A stretch of DNA of 64,000 nucleotides from Rhina ancylostomus. Taxonomy: Eukaryota. The notes beneath the pieces were generated by a model, which saw only the letters and a list, made by a program, of their open reading frames with translations, made no database searches and was not told the origin of the DNA. Position numbers and translations under genes: made by a program. This document shows, in pieces, positions 25,831-37,775 of this stretch (positions within the stretch are counted from its first letter, which is position 1; each line of letters begins with the position of its first letter). Location: NCBI GenBank assembly GCA_030265395.1, contig JARFYF010000056.1, positions 20,292,119 through 20,356,118 of the forward strand, written 5' to 3'.

Positions 25831-26894
25831 TGGAAAAAATGTACCTCCCCTTTAAGGAGTGCAGGCTGCCTTTATATAACAGTACTGTCAGTTCCTCATC
25901 CTCCCAACAGGGAAATGTCCAGAGAGTGTTCTGATGACATCATTTGAAAAGTAAAAGGCTGTCTCATCATGAAAATAGTTTGGCCTCTGACAAAGACATC
26001 AGCAAGGAGGTATAGAAAGTGGGTGCTTGGGCTCCTTCATATGTTCCCAAATATTCAGCCACCCCTGATTTGTTTTTGGGAGCTTTACCTCCACCTACTG
26101 TAAAATCACTTTGAAAAGTCAAATCCAAATTGGATGGAACCTGGCAAAACTTTGGATTTAGCTCACCCTCTGTGAACTGAAGGCACTCATTGTGATCAGA
26201 ACCTGTACATTGTTGATTCTGCTAAAGAGATGATGCCAGACATTAAATAGTTGGTCTAACTCTGGCATACNNNNNNNNNNNNNNNNNNNNNNNNNNNNNN
26301 NNNNNNNNNNNNNNNNNNNNNNNNNNNNNNNNNNNNNNNNNNNNNNNNNNNNNNNNNNNNNNNNNNNNNNNNNNNNNNNNNNNNNNNNACAACCTGATTG
26401 TGTGAAAAATCAATTACATTCCCAAGCCATTAAATGGTATTTGTGTTGGGATGCTTAGCTTGATTTTTGGGCACAGATTGGTCTGCTTCAACAACTGAGA
26501 CATTCAATTTATTCTCAAATAAAAGGGAAGGTAATCCAAATTTTATTTAGGTGTTTCATTATTCTTAAATTATTAGTCATAATGAACCACATTTATATAA
26601 TAATGTTTCACGTAACACATTCTTAACACATGCAGAAAGTTGGGCTCACATCACATTAATATGGTACATACTGAGTTGTCGAAAAAAAATAAGCATTTGA
26701 TATCAAGGTATCAATGACCTTTTCCAACCAGCCCCATTGTAATTTAGACTAATGATAACATAATCCTTCTAATGGAATAATAGATAATCTTATATAGATT
26801 TAGTCCCATGGCAAACAGAAAGATATCAAGCTTTCAGGACCTTTGATAATCTCATTTGGCTCACCTGATGACTTGAAGGCTAAAACAAAAGCTT

Positions 26895-27665
26895 CTATTC
26901 CCACAAGTACAAAAGATGAAAGGATGATCTAATTAAGCTATTTAAGGTTATTATTGGAACTTGACGGTAGGTTAGAGAAAAGCAATTTCCCATAGTGGGA
27001 AATCCCAGTACTAGGGGATACAACCATAAAGTTTCAACCAAGCAAATCAAGGATGATATCAGTGGTATCACAGGTGGGTGCATTGTCTCATAAGGAAAGG
27101 TTGGACAGATTAGGCTCTTATTTACTGAAGTTTAGAAAAGTAAGTGAGATCTGATTGAAACTTATTAGATTCTGAAGGGTCTTGACAGTGTGGATGAAGA
27201 GTGGATGTTTCCTCTTAGGGGAGAGTTTAGAACCAAGGGGTCACTATTTGAAAATAAGCGGTAACATGTCATTTAACATATCAATGAAGTGACTTTTTTT
27301 CTCTCTCTCAGAAGGTCGTGAGACTTTGGAAACATCTTCCTCCAAGAGTGGTAGAAGCAGAGTCTGTGAATATTTTGAAGGCAAATGTTTCTTGAAAATC
27401 AAATGGGTGAAAGGTCACTGGGATTGCAGAATTAAGTTTATCATCAGATTAGCCACCACCTTTTTAAAAGCGGAGTGGGCCTTTGTATGTGGAAATCTTC
27501 AACACTCTTCCTTCTATAGATCCATGAGACTTGGTCAATTGGACTTGCTAAACTTTAGCTCCTTAAGGGCACAAAAGGTTAGAGATCCAAGGATGGATTA
27601 CCCTTGATCTAAATGTGTGGTGGAACAGGCATTGCTGGCAGGACTGGAGCTACCCCTGTTCTGTA
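26895..27665 (+). mobile_element. CR1 3' fragments (two nested or adjacent copies)
   Basis: Two ORF2 C-terminal segments (DLIKLFK..TRG; ERLDRLG..DLIETY*ILKGLDSVD) and two tails. Confidence 0.75.
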
Positions 27666-28009
27666 TGCACCACATTGCATGACATTTAAACATATAAATC
27701 AGAAGAATGAAACTTAATCCCTGCTCTGTGTTCAGCGGGTTGCAATTCCAACAGTAGTACCACAAATATCAGTAGGTTACATGAGGTGAGGTAGGTACTG
27801 ACCTACTGCACCGTCAAAGGTTTGAAAGATCATCACTGAGAGGAGTCTCAGTGGATGTCTGTTTTGGGGAAATAATACACAAACAAGCCAAGGGAATATA
27901 ATTTTCCAATTAACTGCTGAACAACTTACTCAGAGGTTCAAAAGAAAAAGCCTGCCAAGAAAACCCGATGATAATAGTATTTACTTGTAGTCACATAGCA
28001 ACAAGAAAG

Positions 28010-28195
28010 GAGACTAATCCTCAATGGCTCAGTCAATTCAGGTAGTGAATAACTGAGTAATGTGGTCAAACCACCTCCCAGATTTGATTCCCCAGTCAAT
28101 GCTGGGCCAGCTGATCAAAGTGTGAGAAATAGCTTCTGCACATTGAGGTTGTCAAAGGCAGGGGAGTAATTAGCAATGGCTTCAGTTACTGCTGA
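28010..28195 (+). mobile_element. Probable tRNA-headed SINE (unnamed family), 5' part
   Basis: tggctcagtc (box A-like) ... agatttgattcccc (box B-like); body resembles 53975-54200. Confidence 0.4.
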
Positions 28196-28196
28196 G

Positions 28197-28586
28197 TTAA
28201 AAACAAACTGCAGGAGGAACTGAATGGGTCAAACAGCATCTGTGAGAGGAAAGGAATTGTAGATGTTTCGGGTCAAGACCCTGCATCAGGACTGAGAGTG
28301 GAGAGGGAAGATGGCCCACGTAAAGAGGAGAGGGGGAGAGGTGGGACAGGGGCTGGTAGGTGATAGGGCAGTGAGGAGGGTGAGAGATGATGGGCAGAAG
28401 GAGCCAAAAAGTGATGAGGAAGGATGGAGGTGAGAGAGAGAGGCAGGTGGGTGATAGGTGGAAGCAGACAAGGTAAAGAACAAAGAAAGGAGCAGATGGA
28501 ACCAGGTGACGGGAGTAATAGATGTCCAACCTTCAGACCCCTCCATCTCCCATCAGGAAGGTCTTAAAGCCCTCCACTTCTTTCTG
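28197..28586. mobile_element. Penelope-like element fragment: terminal repeat/3' UTR (-) joined to inverted RT piece (+)
   Basis: 28197-28515 is the hammerhead-bearing terminal repeat plus purine-rich tract; 28521-28586 (+) encodes DVQPSDPSISHQEGLKALHFFL, resembling Penelope RT DVxSLYTSIPH. Confidence 0.75.
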
Positions 28587-29019
28587 CAAAAGATTTGTTG
28601 CTACTGAGTTATACTCACATGGAAAAGGGAGAATAAAGTATTGAGATTGTGCACTCCAAGTAGCCATCAAAACACCTCAGCAACAGCATCCCCAAAAGTA
28701 GATAAAGTGCAAAAAATACTCAAAGGTAGAATCTCTCAGAAATTGGTCAAAAAGGTGTACTCTCCTGCCTTAAAAGATTGGCATGTACAGTGCAACCCCA
28801 GTCCCTCATGTCTCAAAATAATTGACTTCTTTATATCACAGTTTGAGATATACCCAGGTATTATACAATATCCCAAGATGGATAGAGAAGACAAAGTCTA
28901 TTGTGGTACAATATCTCATTAGGTTCTGTAGTTTTATTAACTTTATTACATTATATTAGATTTACAAAGAGAAATTAATGGATTAAATAACTAGGTGGAG
29001 TTGTAGCAATCAGATTCAA

Positions 29020-29420
29020 AAACGGAGTCACAAGAATCAGTGGGACCTACAGTATATACCAGTGTTTCATTGACTGCAGACCTGTCTCCCAATGAGAGTC
29101 AAGGTGTGGAATTATTTGCCAGTGAGAATTAGTGTTTGTGAGACCCATCGCCAGTGTGAGTCAATGTCTGTGGAACTATACCTAGTGAGAAACAATATAC
29201 GTGGGAGCTGTTGCCCGGGGAGAGTTGTTGTGAATAGGACCTGTCCCCTTGGGGAGCAGGTATCTCTCCTAAGTATAGTTACATGGAATTTTATGACTTC
29301 AATACTCTCAGCAGTGTTTGCTATGCTCATCTATCCCCCAGTTATTCTAGGGTCACAGGGAGATAGTAGTATTTCCAGCAGATTGGAATAGATCTTTATT
29401 AGTGCAAGTCCCTCTCAATG
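29020..29420 (+). mobile_element. Possible Harbinger transposase fossil
   Basis: SVCETHRQCESMSVELYL, FMTSILSAVFA and GSQGDSSI weakly match IVxETCxAI..YL, FFSIVLxAV and GSxSDxxIF in order. Confidence 0.3.
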
Positions 29421-29759
29421 ATAACACTGAGGAGGAAGCAATAGATTCTAGGAGAGGACTGGCAATCCAGCATATCTGCTCTACAAGTTATAGCTGTGGG
29501 ATACAAAAATGAAGATTGCGTGGAAAGAAAAGGGTAGATGTTAGGAAAATGTGCTCAAACTTTCTCTGTGTACATGTGTGTGTAAGTACATGTGCAATGG
29601 TGAGGTAGATTTCTATTGGGAGAGAGTATTGTCTTAGGGATCCATGTTGTGGAAGTGGAACTGAGGTGCAGATAGAGTTACAGAGTCATGCAGCACAAAA
29701 AGAGGGTTCAAAAATCTGGTAAATGTTAGCTTACAATGCATATGTTGACATTACCCTGA

Positions 29760-30720
29760 CATTCACATTATATCAAAGTTCCACTATTCTACCTATAAAG
29801 TGAGGAAGAAGGCTGAAAACATTTTGTTATTTGATAAATTACATTGACAAATAATACCATCAGATCTACAGGTTTAATCGTTTGTGAATCTGGCCAGAGG
29901 GAACTTCAAGTGCATGGCACTCACATCATGGCAGAATCATCATTGATACTAGTTGCCCAAAAAGACCCCATGGTCTCCCTCCCTTTATTTTGCCATCTCT
30001 GTCTCTACCCCAGTATGGATCCCACTGAGGTTGATAGGAGATTGGATAATTCACCTCTGCCTTCATAAAAGCCTTCATGTTATCTCTTGAGCAGGAAAAT
30101 AGAACCTTTCAGTGTACAGAGTCCATGCCACTGACTCTAATAAGGCAAGCAGGAGGCTGCAAACTGGGTGCAGCAAAATTCTACCTTTTTTCTGCTCAGC
30201 TGCATTGCACTCTCAACAAAGTTATGGCAGAAATCAAACTGAACCCTTAAGGATATTTAGGGCCAATATATCCCAGAAACCAAGTTCATCAACAGAAAAT
30301 AATAATGCTAATGGTCCAATGATGATTTGTAAGGAACAATCAAATCAATGTTGTATGATATAGTATTGATTGAAAGAAACTCTTCAACTCACACAAAATA
30401 AAAATTAATTTGCTCATAAAATCTCACTCTTCATACCCACACATAATTCCTATTCAATCTACGATTAAGGATAATCTTTGCCAGTAAACCTAATCATTTT
30501 CACAAGAGATGACAAAGAAGATGAAATTTTGAAGATACCAGGGATAATTAATCCTTAATATTACAAAGTGTTAGACTGTGGCAAGAAAATTCAGTAACAA
30601 CAACCTCTCATATTCAATGTTAAGCACAAAGCCAAGAACATATATTTAAAGGACTCTATGTCCAGTCCACAAGACAGAAGCATTACTAATCCAATGCAAA
30701 GGCAATCACAAAATGTATCT
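29760..30720 (+). mobile_element. L1 ORF2 (RT) fossil
   Basis: SLILVAQKDP, RRLDNSPLP, DSNKASRRLQ (DAEKAFDRV-like), HKISLF and TKPRT in L1 order. A possible endonuclease remnant (KDWHVQCNP...IDFFIS) lies at ~28770-28840. Confidence 0.45.
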
Positions 30721-30948
30721 TTTCACCTTCTGTTCAGTAAGACATTGCTGGAGTCTAACTCAATGGAACTCTGATTGAAAAGGCTTCAGGGAGTTTTAAT
30801 GTGTCCATAGAACATTATGATATGAGAGATATACTACAGGATAACATTTGGATAGGTTTCCTGAATACACCAGCTGCAGTTTTTAAGTACTGACCATTTA
30901 ACAGTGTTAACCAATAACTGAGGTAAAAATGATGCTGCAGATCCAATG

Positions 30949-31146
30949 TCTGAGGCATTCTTGAAGCTACAAAATGAGATTCCCTTTCAAGTGCAATGCC
31001 TTGATGTAAAGAATTTGTTTGACAAATTGATAAACTGATGGTTAATGTGCTGCTGATGCATATCTGGAATATGAGTCTCTTTCATTTACTTCAAGGCATT
31101 ACATTTCAAATGGAATCTCATTTTGTACCTTCAAGAATGTCTCAGA
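30949..31146. repeat. Long inverted repeat (arms 30949-31013 and 31081-31146)
   Basis: The left arm matches the reverse complement of the right arm at 58/66 positions; 67-bp spacer. Confidence 0.9.
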
Positions 31147-32174
31147 TTTTGTCTCTGTGGGTTTATCTTTACCCAGTGCCTGAAAACTCACTAATGTTGG
31201 CAGTCAAAGCTTAGGATGGAGATATCCAAAAGTCACATACTAAGACTGTTGGTCAGTCTCTGGGAATGTGAGTATATCACACTTTCAGTTGACACAGGAA
31301 CTGGTTCTGTGAGATATCCACCTGCAGGTTCATTCTTTCAAAGTTCAGCCATCCAAGACAATTTGAAATAATGGACCTAATTTTGACTCTGGCCAGTAGT
31401 GTATCATGGCCGATAGCAAATCAAATGTCAATTGAAGTGAAAATTGGATGAACTATAAAACTGCTGCCAATTTGTAATCTCTGACCTACACTATTATCCA
31501 AAGATAAAATTGCAGGCAATCACTTTTCGAGCAACTGTGAAATGAACAGGCTTTTAGATCCATGGGGTTTTGTCTAATTTTAGTCTTAATTTCTCCAGTA
31601 CTTCATTTTTAATAATATTAATAACTTAAGTTCCTCATGGTGATTAGACCCTTGATTCCATTCCATTTTTACCTCATTTATTGTGCAGTGAAGTCAGACA
31701 CACATTTTTCCTTTTATGTCCCAACCAATTCTTTAGTCTTATTTCCCTGTCATTGTCTCCTTGGGAACTACATTTAGTTTTGATACTTCTTGTTTTACAT
31801 AGTTGCAGAAGCTCTTACAATGTTCTTTCAAACTTCTTGTTAATTTACTTTCATAATCTCCTCTATCAATATTTTGGTCATTCATTTCTTCTTTCTAATT
31901 CTTACCCAAACCTTAGATTTACTGCTCTTTCTGGGAGCATAATAAATTTTTTTTCATTCCTAACTTCCTAAACTGACCATGGATGGATTAACTTTCCAGC
32001 AGAGCTTTTACTTCCCAATGGAATTCATTGAGATTTTTGAAGCATTTTTAAGTGCTTGCCAATTGTGCCATTAGTTTGAATGCCCTTAATTTTCCCCTTT
32101 TTGCTAGATTTACATGTATTGACTTTATTTACTAATGCACTATCACCATTAAACTTGCCTTTCCTTTTCCCTGT

Positions 32175-32682
32175 TTTAACCTGGTGAAACAGCACCTGGA
32201 ATAATATGTACAGATCTCACGATGTAAGGAAGGACATACTCGTGACAGAAGGAGTGCAACAACAATTCATCAGATTTATTCCTGGGATGGGGACTTTGTT
32301 GTGTGGAGAAATTACGCAGACTGGGCCTATGTTTTGAAAGGTGACCTCAATGAAACTTTCAAACTTCTCTCCAGGCTTATCAGGGTAGATGCAAGGATGA
32401 TGTTTCCACCGGCTGGGTGTCTAGATCGGTCTCAGAATGAGAGCTCAGTTATTCAGGACTGAGGTGATTAGAAAGTTCTTCACCCAGAGGGTAATGAATC
32501 CTTGGAATTTCCTACCCAAAAGAGATATTGAGGCTGGGACACTGAGTATATTTGAGATGGAGATTGACACTTCTTTTGTACATTAAGGTATTAAATTTCA
32601 GGAAAGAGGCCATAATCTCAGTGAATAGCCAAGCAGGTGTGAGGGGCCAAATGGTCCACTCCTGATTCTTGTTCTGATGGTC
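32175..32682 (+). mobile_element. CR1 LINE 3' portion
   Basis: LVKQHLE*YVQ...EGVQQQFIRFIPGM...KFFTQRVMN, then tail gaggggccaaatggtccactcctg. Confidence 0.82.
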
Positions 32683-33761
32683 CCATATACGAATGCTGCC
32701 TTGAGCTTTCCTGTAAATCACCTGAATCCTGTCCCCATATTTACTTCAGTCCTATCTACAGACCTGGATATCCAATTCATCAGCATGAGTTCTGGCCCAG
32801 TTTGCATGGATCTTGTGCCAATAGAACAGCTTCAGCAGCCACAGTTAGGTAAATATTTTCACTCTGTTTGCAATGGGTGATCTTCCCCTACAATTTTCAT
32901 CCTTAATTGTGCTCATTTTGAGAAAGGTTATTCCCCAAAGTTTACTCCTCAAACTATTTAACACATTACTAAATGTAAAATTGCTCAAGATCACGTGTAG
33001 TCACACAGTGTTTTAAAACATAATTTTCAAAATTAAATTCTACATCACATTTTTTGACGAACTTACAGATGGTCACTTAGTCCAGTTTGGTTGCCGCAAT
33101 TGAAAGCATATATTTTTGATCAGTGCCAATACACCACTTGTAACCTAATTGTAAGTTATTAAAAATAACATTTGGAAAAATACATCTTAGTACTTGTACG
33201 TTACACAGGGGTACAATAAGTTTTGGAGCCTTCTCAAATGCTTAGAAAGAACAATTGTTGGAAAATTCCAAAAGTGAATAATTTACTCAGGTGTCATGGC
33301 CAATTTAGTAGGCAAGTACAACTTCTCATGATGATTATTAATCTTCTGAAAGATTATGAAGCCTCAAGGCAGAAACTTCTGTGACTTTGCATGTCACAAG
33401 CTTGCTTTTGGGCAAATTGTACAGAAGCTAAAAACAACACAGCCAAGTGGAAACTCTACCTCTTCATATGTGTCTTTGTGCTAATATGGTGACTCTTACT
33501 AGTGGCCTAACTTCACAAAAATATTGAGCTAAAATGCCAACAAATAATTAAAAATTTTTGAAGACAAAACCTCATATAGGTTACTCCATGACAGCCAGAA
33601 AACAGGAAACAGATTTTACGCTACCCCATTCCAAAATCCATCCCATCACCCCATGAAAGAAGCACAATTTGTCTCTCATAAAATAACTCCACCTTCATAT
33701 AGCCCACAGTACCTTAAAGCCCTAATAACAGCTAGTTGCTTAAAACAAAAGGTCTTCAAAA

Positions 33762-33833
33762 TTGCACAAACACATTGCTACATTTTTTACACGTCATTAA
33801 TTTTTTTTTGTCGATAGCCAAGGAACTGCTTAC
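33762..33833. repeat. 72-bp dispersed non-coding element, copy B
   Basis: Shares cacgtcattaa...cgat(g)agccaa(a)ggaactg(c/t)ttac with 21459-21530, same orientation. Confidence 0.75.
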
Positions 33834-34839
33834 TCTAAAAGTCTGAAATCATAGAAGAGTTTTTTCTACAGACTGATAAGTGAAGTCAAAGGGAATTTTA
33901 CCCTCTCTTTAATTAGCTTCCTTTGCCTCACCATGCTAGAAAAAAGGAAGACATTGGCCAAGTCACTGTGCAGTGAATGATTAAAGAAGGGAATAAAACA
34001 CATCCTTTCAAAACAGACTTCATATTCCATCGGGTGTGATGGGGACCCAAATGCCCCTTAGTTTAAAAAGATTGTTTCAATATTCTTCTCAATGTATTGC
34101 TGTCAAAATTTCTCTGTTGGAATTGGTACATGGAATCAATCTAATTTTGAGCGCGTAATCTTTTATATCAACTGCGTATTTAATGTGGTCATCTCACAAT
34201 TGTTGGCGTCACTCCTGATTGAATTAAAGCATTGATCTTGCTCAGTGATCCTCCTTTTGAAAATACAAAGAAAAGCCATTGCTCAATCCAAATAAAAACA
34301 TTCTCATTTCAATCACTTATTTCAAATGGATAAGCTCAGAGTTTGGAACCAGTTTGACACTCTACATTTATATGAGTACATCTACTGCTCTTTCTGTACA
34401 GTGGTTGAGCTGGTTCTAACTTGTTTAGCAGTATTACATTCAGATCTAGTGCCATTAGTTTTGGCTGCTCCCCACCCTGCTTCATTATAGAGTTCTTTCA
34501 ACTGAAGCAGCACAAAGAAGTAGAGAAGGCCCATCAATTCTAAAATCTGCTCTCTCAAACAATTATGATGAGGTATTTGTTGATTTGATTATCTTTGAAG
34601 CTAAAGCATGTTTGACACTGAGCACATGCATTCCTAATGTTCATCTTTTATGCACATGTTAAGGTGCATTTTATATATTTGAATAAAATCTGCTCTGATG
34701 TGTACATGCGTGAGATACAAGAAAAAAAACAACTCATAACAGCTGCATTTTGACCTATGATTCATCTCTGAACTATTCATATGGCCCTCTCCCCAGTATC
34801 TATCTTTATAAAATATTACACTAAAAATCATACCTACAC

Positions 34840-35860
34840 TCTGATGCCTGACTACAAAGCTTCAGGAAAATACATATCCCAGTTAGTCTTCCAACAGCTC
34901 TCAGGAAAGGTGATGGCTTCCTTGCTGTATCAGTTCAGCAAAAAGATTTTTAGAGGTATTGGAAGCCCTCAATCAATTCCAGATGACCTTGCATCTCTCA
35001 ACTGCAAGTTCTGTGGACAGCTCTGTCAACATCAGTCATCTGACACCTTTCTCTTTAGGGTGACATTGGAATCATCTAGACATGGTAGAAAAAAAGGACC
35101 AGATCTGCAGAGCACTGCATTGATGCAGTATGCAATGTTAACTCATTCAGTGCTTGACTGATTCCCCAAGGTAGCTACTTGATGCTCAGACTTTGTGACC
35201 AAATTAAAGAGGCTTGTTTTGCAAGAATTACAAAGGAAAATAAAATGATTTAACAAGTGACTGTCCTTCTTGGCTTGGCTTAACAATTCCTTCATAAAGA
35301 GTTTCCCTGAGCTTGCTTTTAGGAGACAGAAGGAACCTGTATTAGAAGCAGAAGCTGAAATATTTACTATCACGTTACCCCTAGCTTCTTACACTTAAAA
35401 TGACATTGTAATATGAAAAAGTTACTTGTGAAATTGCCAGTCTGATAAATTGAACAATTATAAAAAAATTGTTGGAACAAGTGAATATCGAAATGAAAAT
35501 AGGCAGAATAAACATTTCCATTTGCTTGAATTGAGCTTCATATCTATCATGAAGCCAACCCAAACTTCCCTGACAGTCAAGATCATCAACATGTAAAACA
35601 TAAGAAATGAAGCTGGATTAAGTATTTGGAATATTTGTCTGGCAAGAATATGGACAATCCAATTCAGAGAAAGGGAGGAGGAAGGAAAAAATGAAGACAT
35701 TGAATGTGAAGGATTAACAAGCTTTCCATTCTTGAAGAAGGTATGTATTGCTGCTTTTATCTGCTTAAAGAATTTTCCAGAAAATCTACAACCAAATTGA
35801 ACTTGAAGATTCCACAACCATATTTAAGAACACCTCAACGAGAACAATGAGCAATCTATT
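34840..35860 (+). mobile_element. L1 ORF2 fossil
   Basis: MPDYKASG..., IPQGSYL, KLLEQV...IGRINI, SFISIMKP...NEAGLSIWNI in L1 ORF2 order, with large deletions. Confidence 0.45.
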
Positions 35861-36014
35861 TTAAAGGCTCACCCATCCTCAAAAGAAGACCGTACCAATA
35901 ATGAAAATAACTTGACATTGATCTAAAATGCTCAAAAAGGTAAATTTTTTGGTTGATATCAGGTAAGTTATCAGTAAATATCAGCCAAACCAGTACCTTT
36001 TTGTGAAATTTTGG

Positions 36015-36075
36015 GTGGCACAACATGGTGGGCCGAAGGGCCTGTATTGTGCTCTATTGTTCTATGGTTCCATGG
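36015..36075 (+). mobile_element. Very short CR1 3' tail
   Basis: ggcacaacatggtgggccgaagggcctgtattgtgctctattgttctatggttc. Confidence 0.75.
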
Positions 36076-36623
36076 AAATGTGGTCCAATTTGATAAACCT
36101 GCAGTGTGATCGTTGATTTTTTTAAATCATCCCTCAATCAGATGCTCTAACCAAAAGTATAACTTGAAGTATGCAGCTTCCCACTGCTCTTTAGTCTCCA
36201 ATATTAACATCATTCCCCTCGTCTTTTTAAACTGGATAGAGCCCTCTGGGCTGAAAGAAATACAATGAGTTAATAATGGGAGTCTGGCATTACCTGCAGG
36301 AAGTGAAAGTAAATTGATTCCTCCAATAGCATTAACTTGACTAAAATAAGAAGTGTTAATCCTCACCAGTGTTTACCCGGGGAGATGCCTGCATTTGTCA
36401 GATGAAGTCCCAGTGTGCAACCCTGGCTAAAGCCAGCCAAAGCATCTTCCACCTCTGCTGTTGGCTGCCCCTGCACTGCACCAATAGAGTGAAGAGGGGT
36501 TGTGCCAACTTCCACACAATTCCAACCCTTGGGCCCATGAATGAAAAAATTTGCCTGTCAGGAGGAAAATAAGTGGAGCTTTAACTTAATCAAGTTAGAT
36601 TTAAATATCTTGCATCATTTTAA

Positions 36624-36664
36624 GTGTGTGTGTGCGTGTGCGTGTGTGTGTGTATGTGTATGTG
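36624..36664. repeat. (TG)n microsatellite, imperfect
   Basis: gtgtgtgtgtgcgtgtgcgtgtgtgtgtgtatgtgtatgtg. Confidence 0.9.
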
Positions 36665-37519
36665 AATGTCAGTGTCAACGTATTCATGCATTAGTCATTT
36701 AACTAATTTTTGAAATACCTTTAATGATTTTTTAATAAATTTCATTTTTATTTCTTGGAAGTTGTAGTGAATATCTGTGAACCAGAGGCATTTGATAAAC
36801 TTTAGCTTAACAGCAAGTGAGTCTGGGAGGTGGGGGGTTGTGGGGGGGCAGCCTGAATGGCTGCCAAAGCTGTTCTGTGAGAGCGGCCTGACTCTCTGCA
36901 CTGGAAAGTCCTCCAATACCAAGTTGATGTGTTGAGAAGTGAGCTCCCAAGTGAGGACTGAAGCCGAGGTCATTCTGGAAGAAGTAGCATAGCCCTGTGA
37001 GCAAGCTGGTCATCACCTCTGTGCAGTGGAGAATCTTCTCCTCTAAGGCGTGCCTTTGTTAATGGGAGTGAAAGGAAACCTGAGGATGAAATGATTGTAA
37101 GACTGTCAGATTGGCTGAATGACATTTGAAGGCACAATCATTTGTGTTTTCTTGTCCAAAAAGTAGCCCAGGGCAAGTTGGAATATTTTGTGGGGCAGCA
37201 GAATGGAATTGGGCCCAGAATGGAATTTCACCAGTGCTGGATCTGAGAAATTTGGTTCAATTCCAGATCAATCTAAACAACTGTAAGGGTTCCAGGTGAA
37301 TTGATTTTCAGCCAATGTAAACCCAATTGCTTATGGATGTGGGCCACTTCACAAAATTGCCCCAATTTAAACTCAAATTTCTAATCACACTCAAGAGCTA
37401 CTGGCAGGACGAGTGGAAATCTCTAATGTGGCACTCAGAACTGATCATCTCAGACTGAGGCAGAAGTAAGTTGTTATTTGTTGGGAGATGGTGGAGGAGA
37501 ATCTGCAATGATGGAATTG

Positions 37520-37775
37520 CAGGGGGCTCAGTGACACAAATGGTAGAGCTGCTGAAAGATCGAACTCTTTCCTCAGTTGTTGTCTGTGTGAAGTTTGGAT
37601 GTTCTCCCAGTGCGGCGTGGGTTTCCCCCAGGTACTCCACCTTCCTCCACCAGGTTGGTAGGTTAATTGGCCATTGCAAATGATATTAGTCTAGGAGTAG
37701 TAGAAGTGGGTGCTTGATGGCCGACTTGGACCCAGTGTGTCGAAGGGCCTGTTTCTCTGATCTTTGGCTGTGGGA
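37520..37775 (+). mobile_element. HE1-type V-SINE with internal deletions
   Basis: ggtagagctgctg...tgtctgtgtgaagtttg...gcgtgggtttcccc...aggttaattggcc...cgaagggcctgtttc. Confidence 0.82.

Noticed and set aside
33834-33842. 9-nt microexon candidate on minus (tttcag|ACTTTTAGA|gtaagc)
   Set aside because: Not Gly-X-Y in the collagen phase, and the donor-like sequence is the end of the duplicated 72-bp element; no other support.
36375-36555. Open exon-like segment on minus (ANFFIHGPKGWNCVEV...)
   Set aside because: Poor polypyrimidine tract, no Gly-X-Y periodicity, unrecognised peptide.
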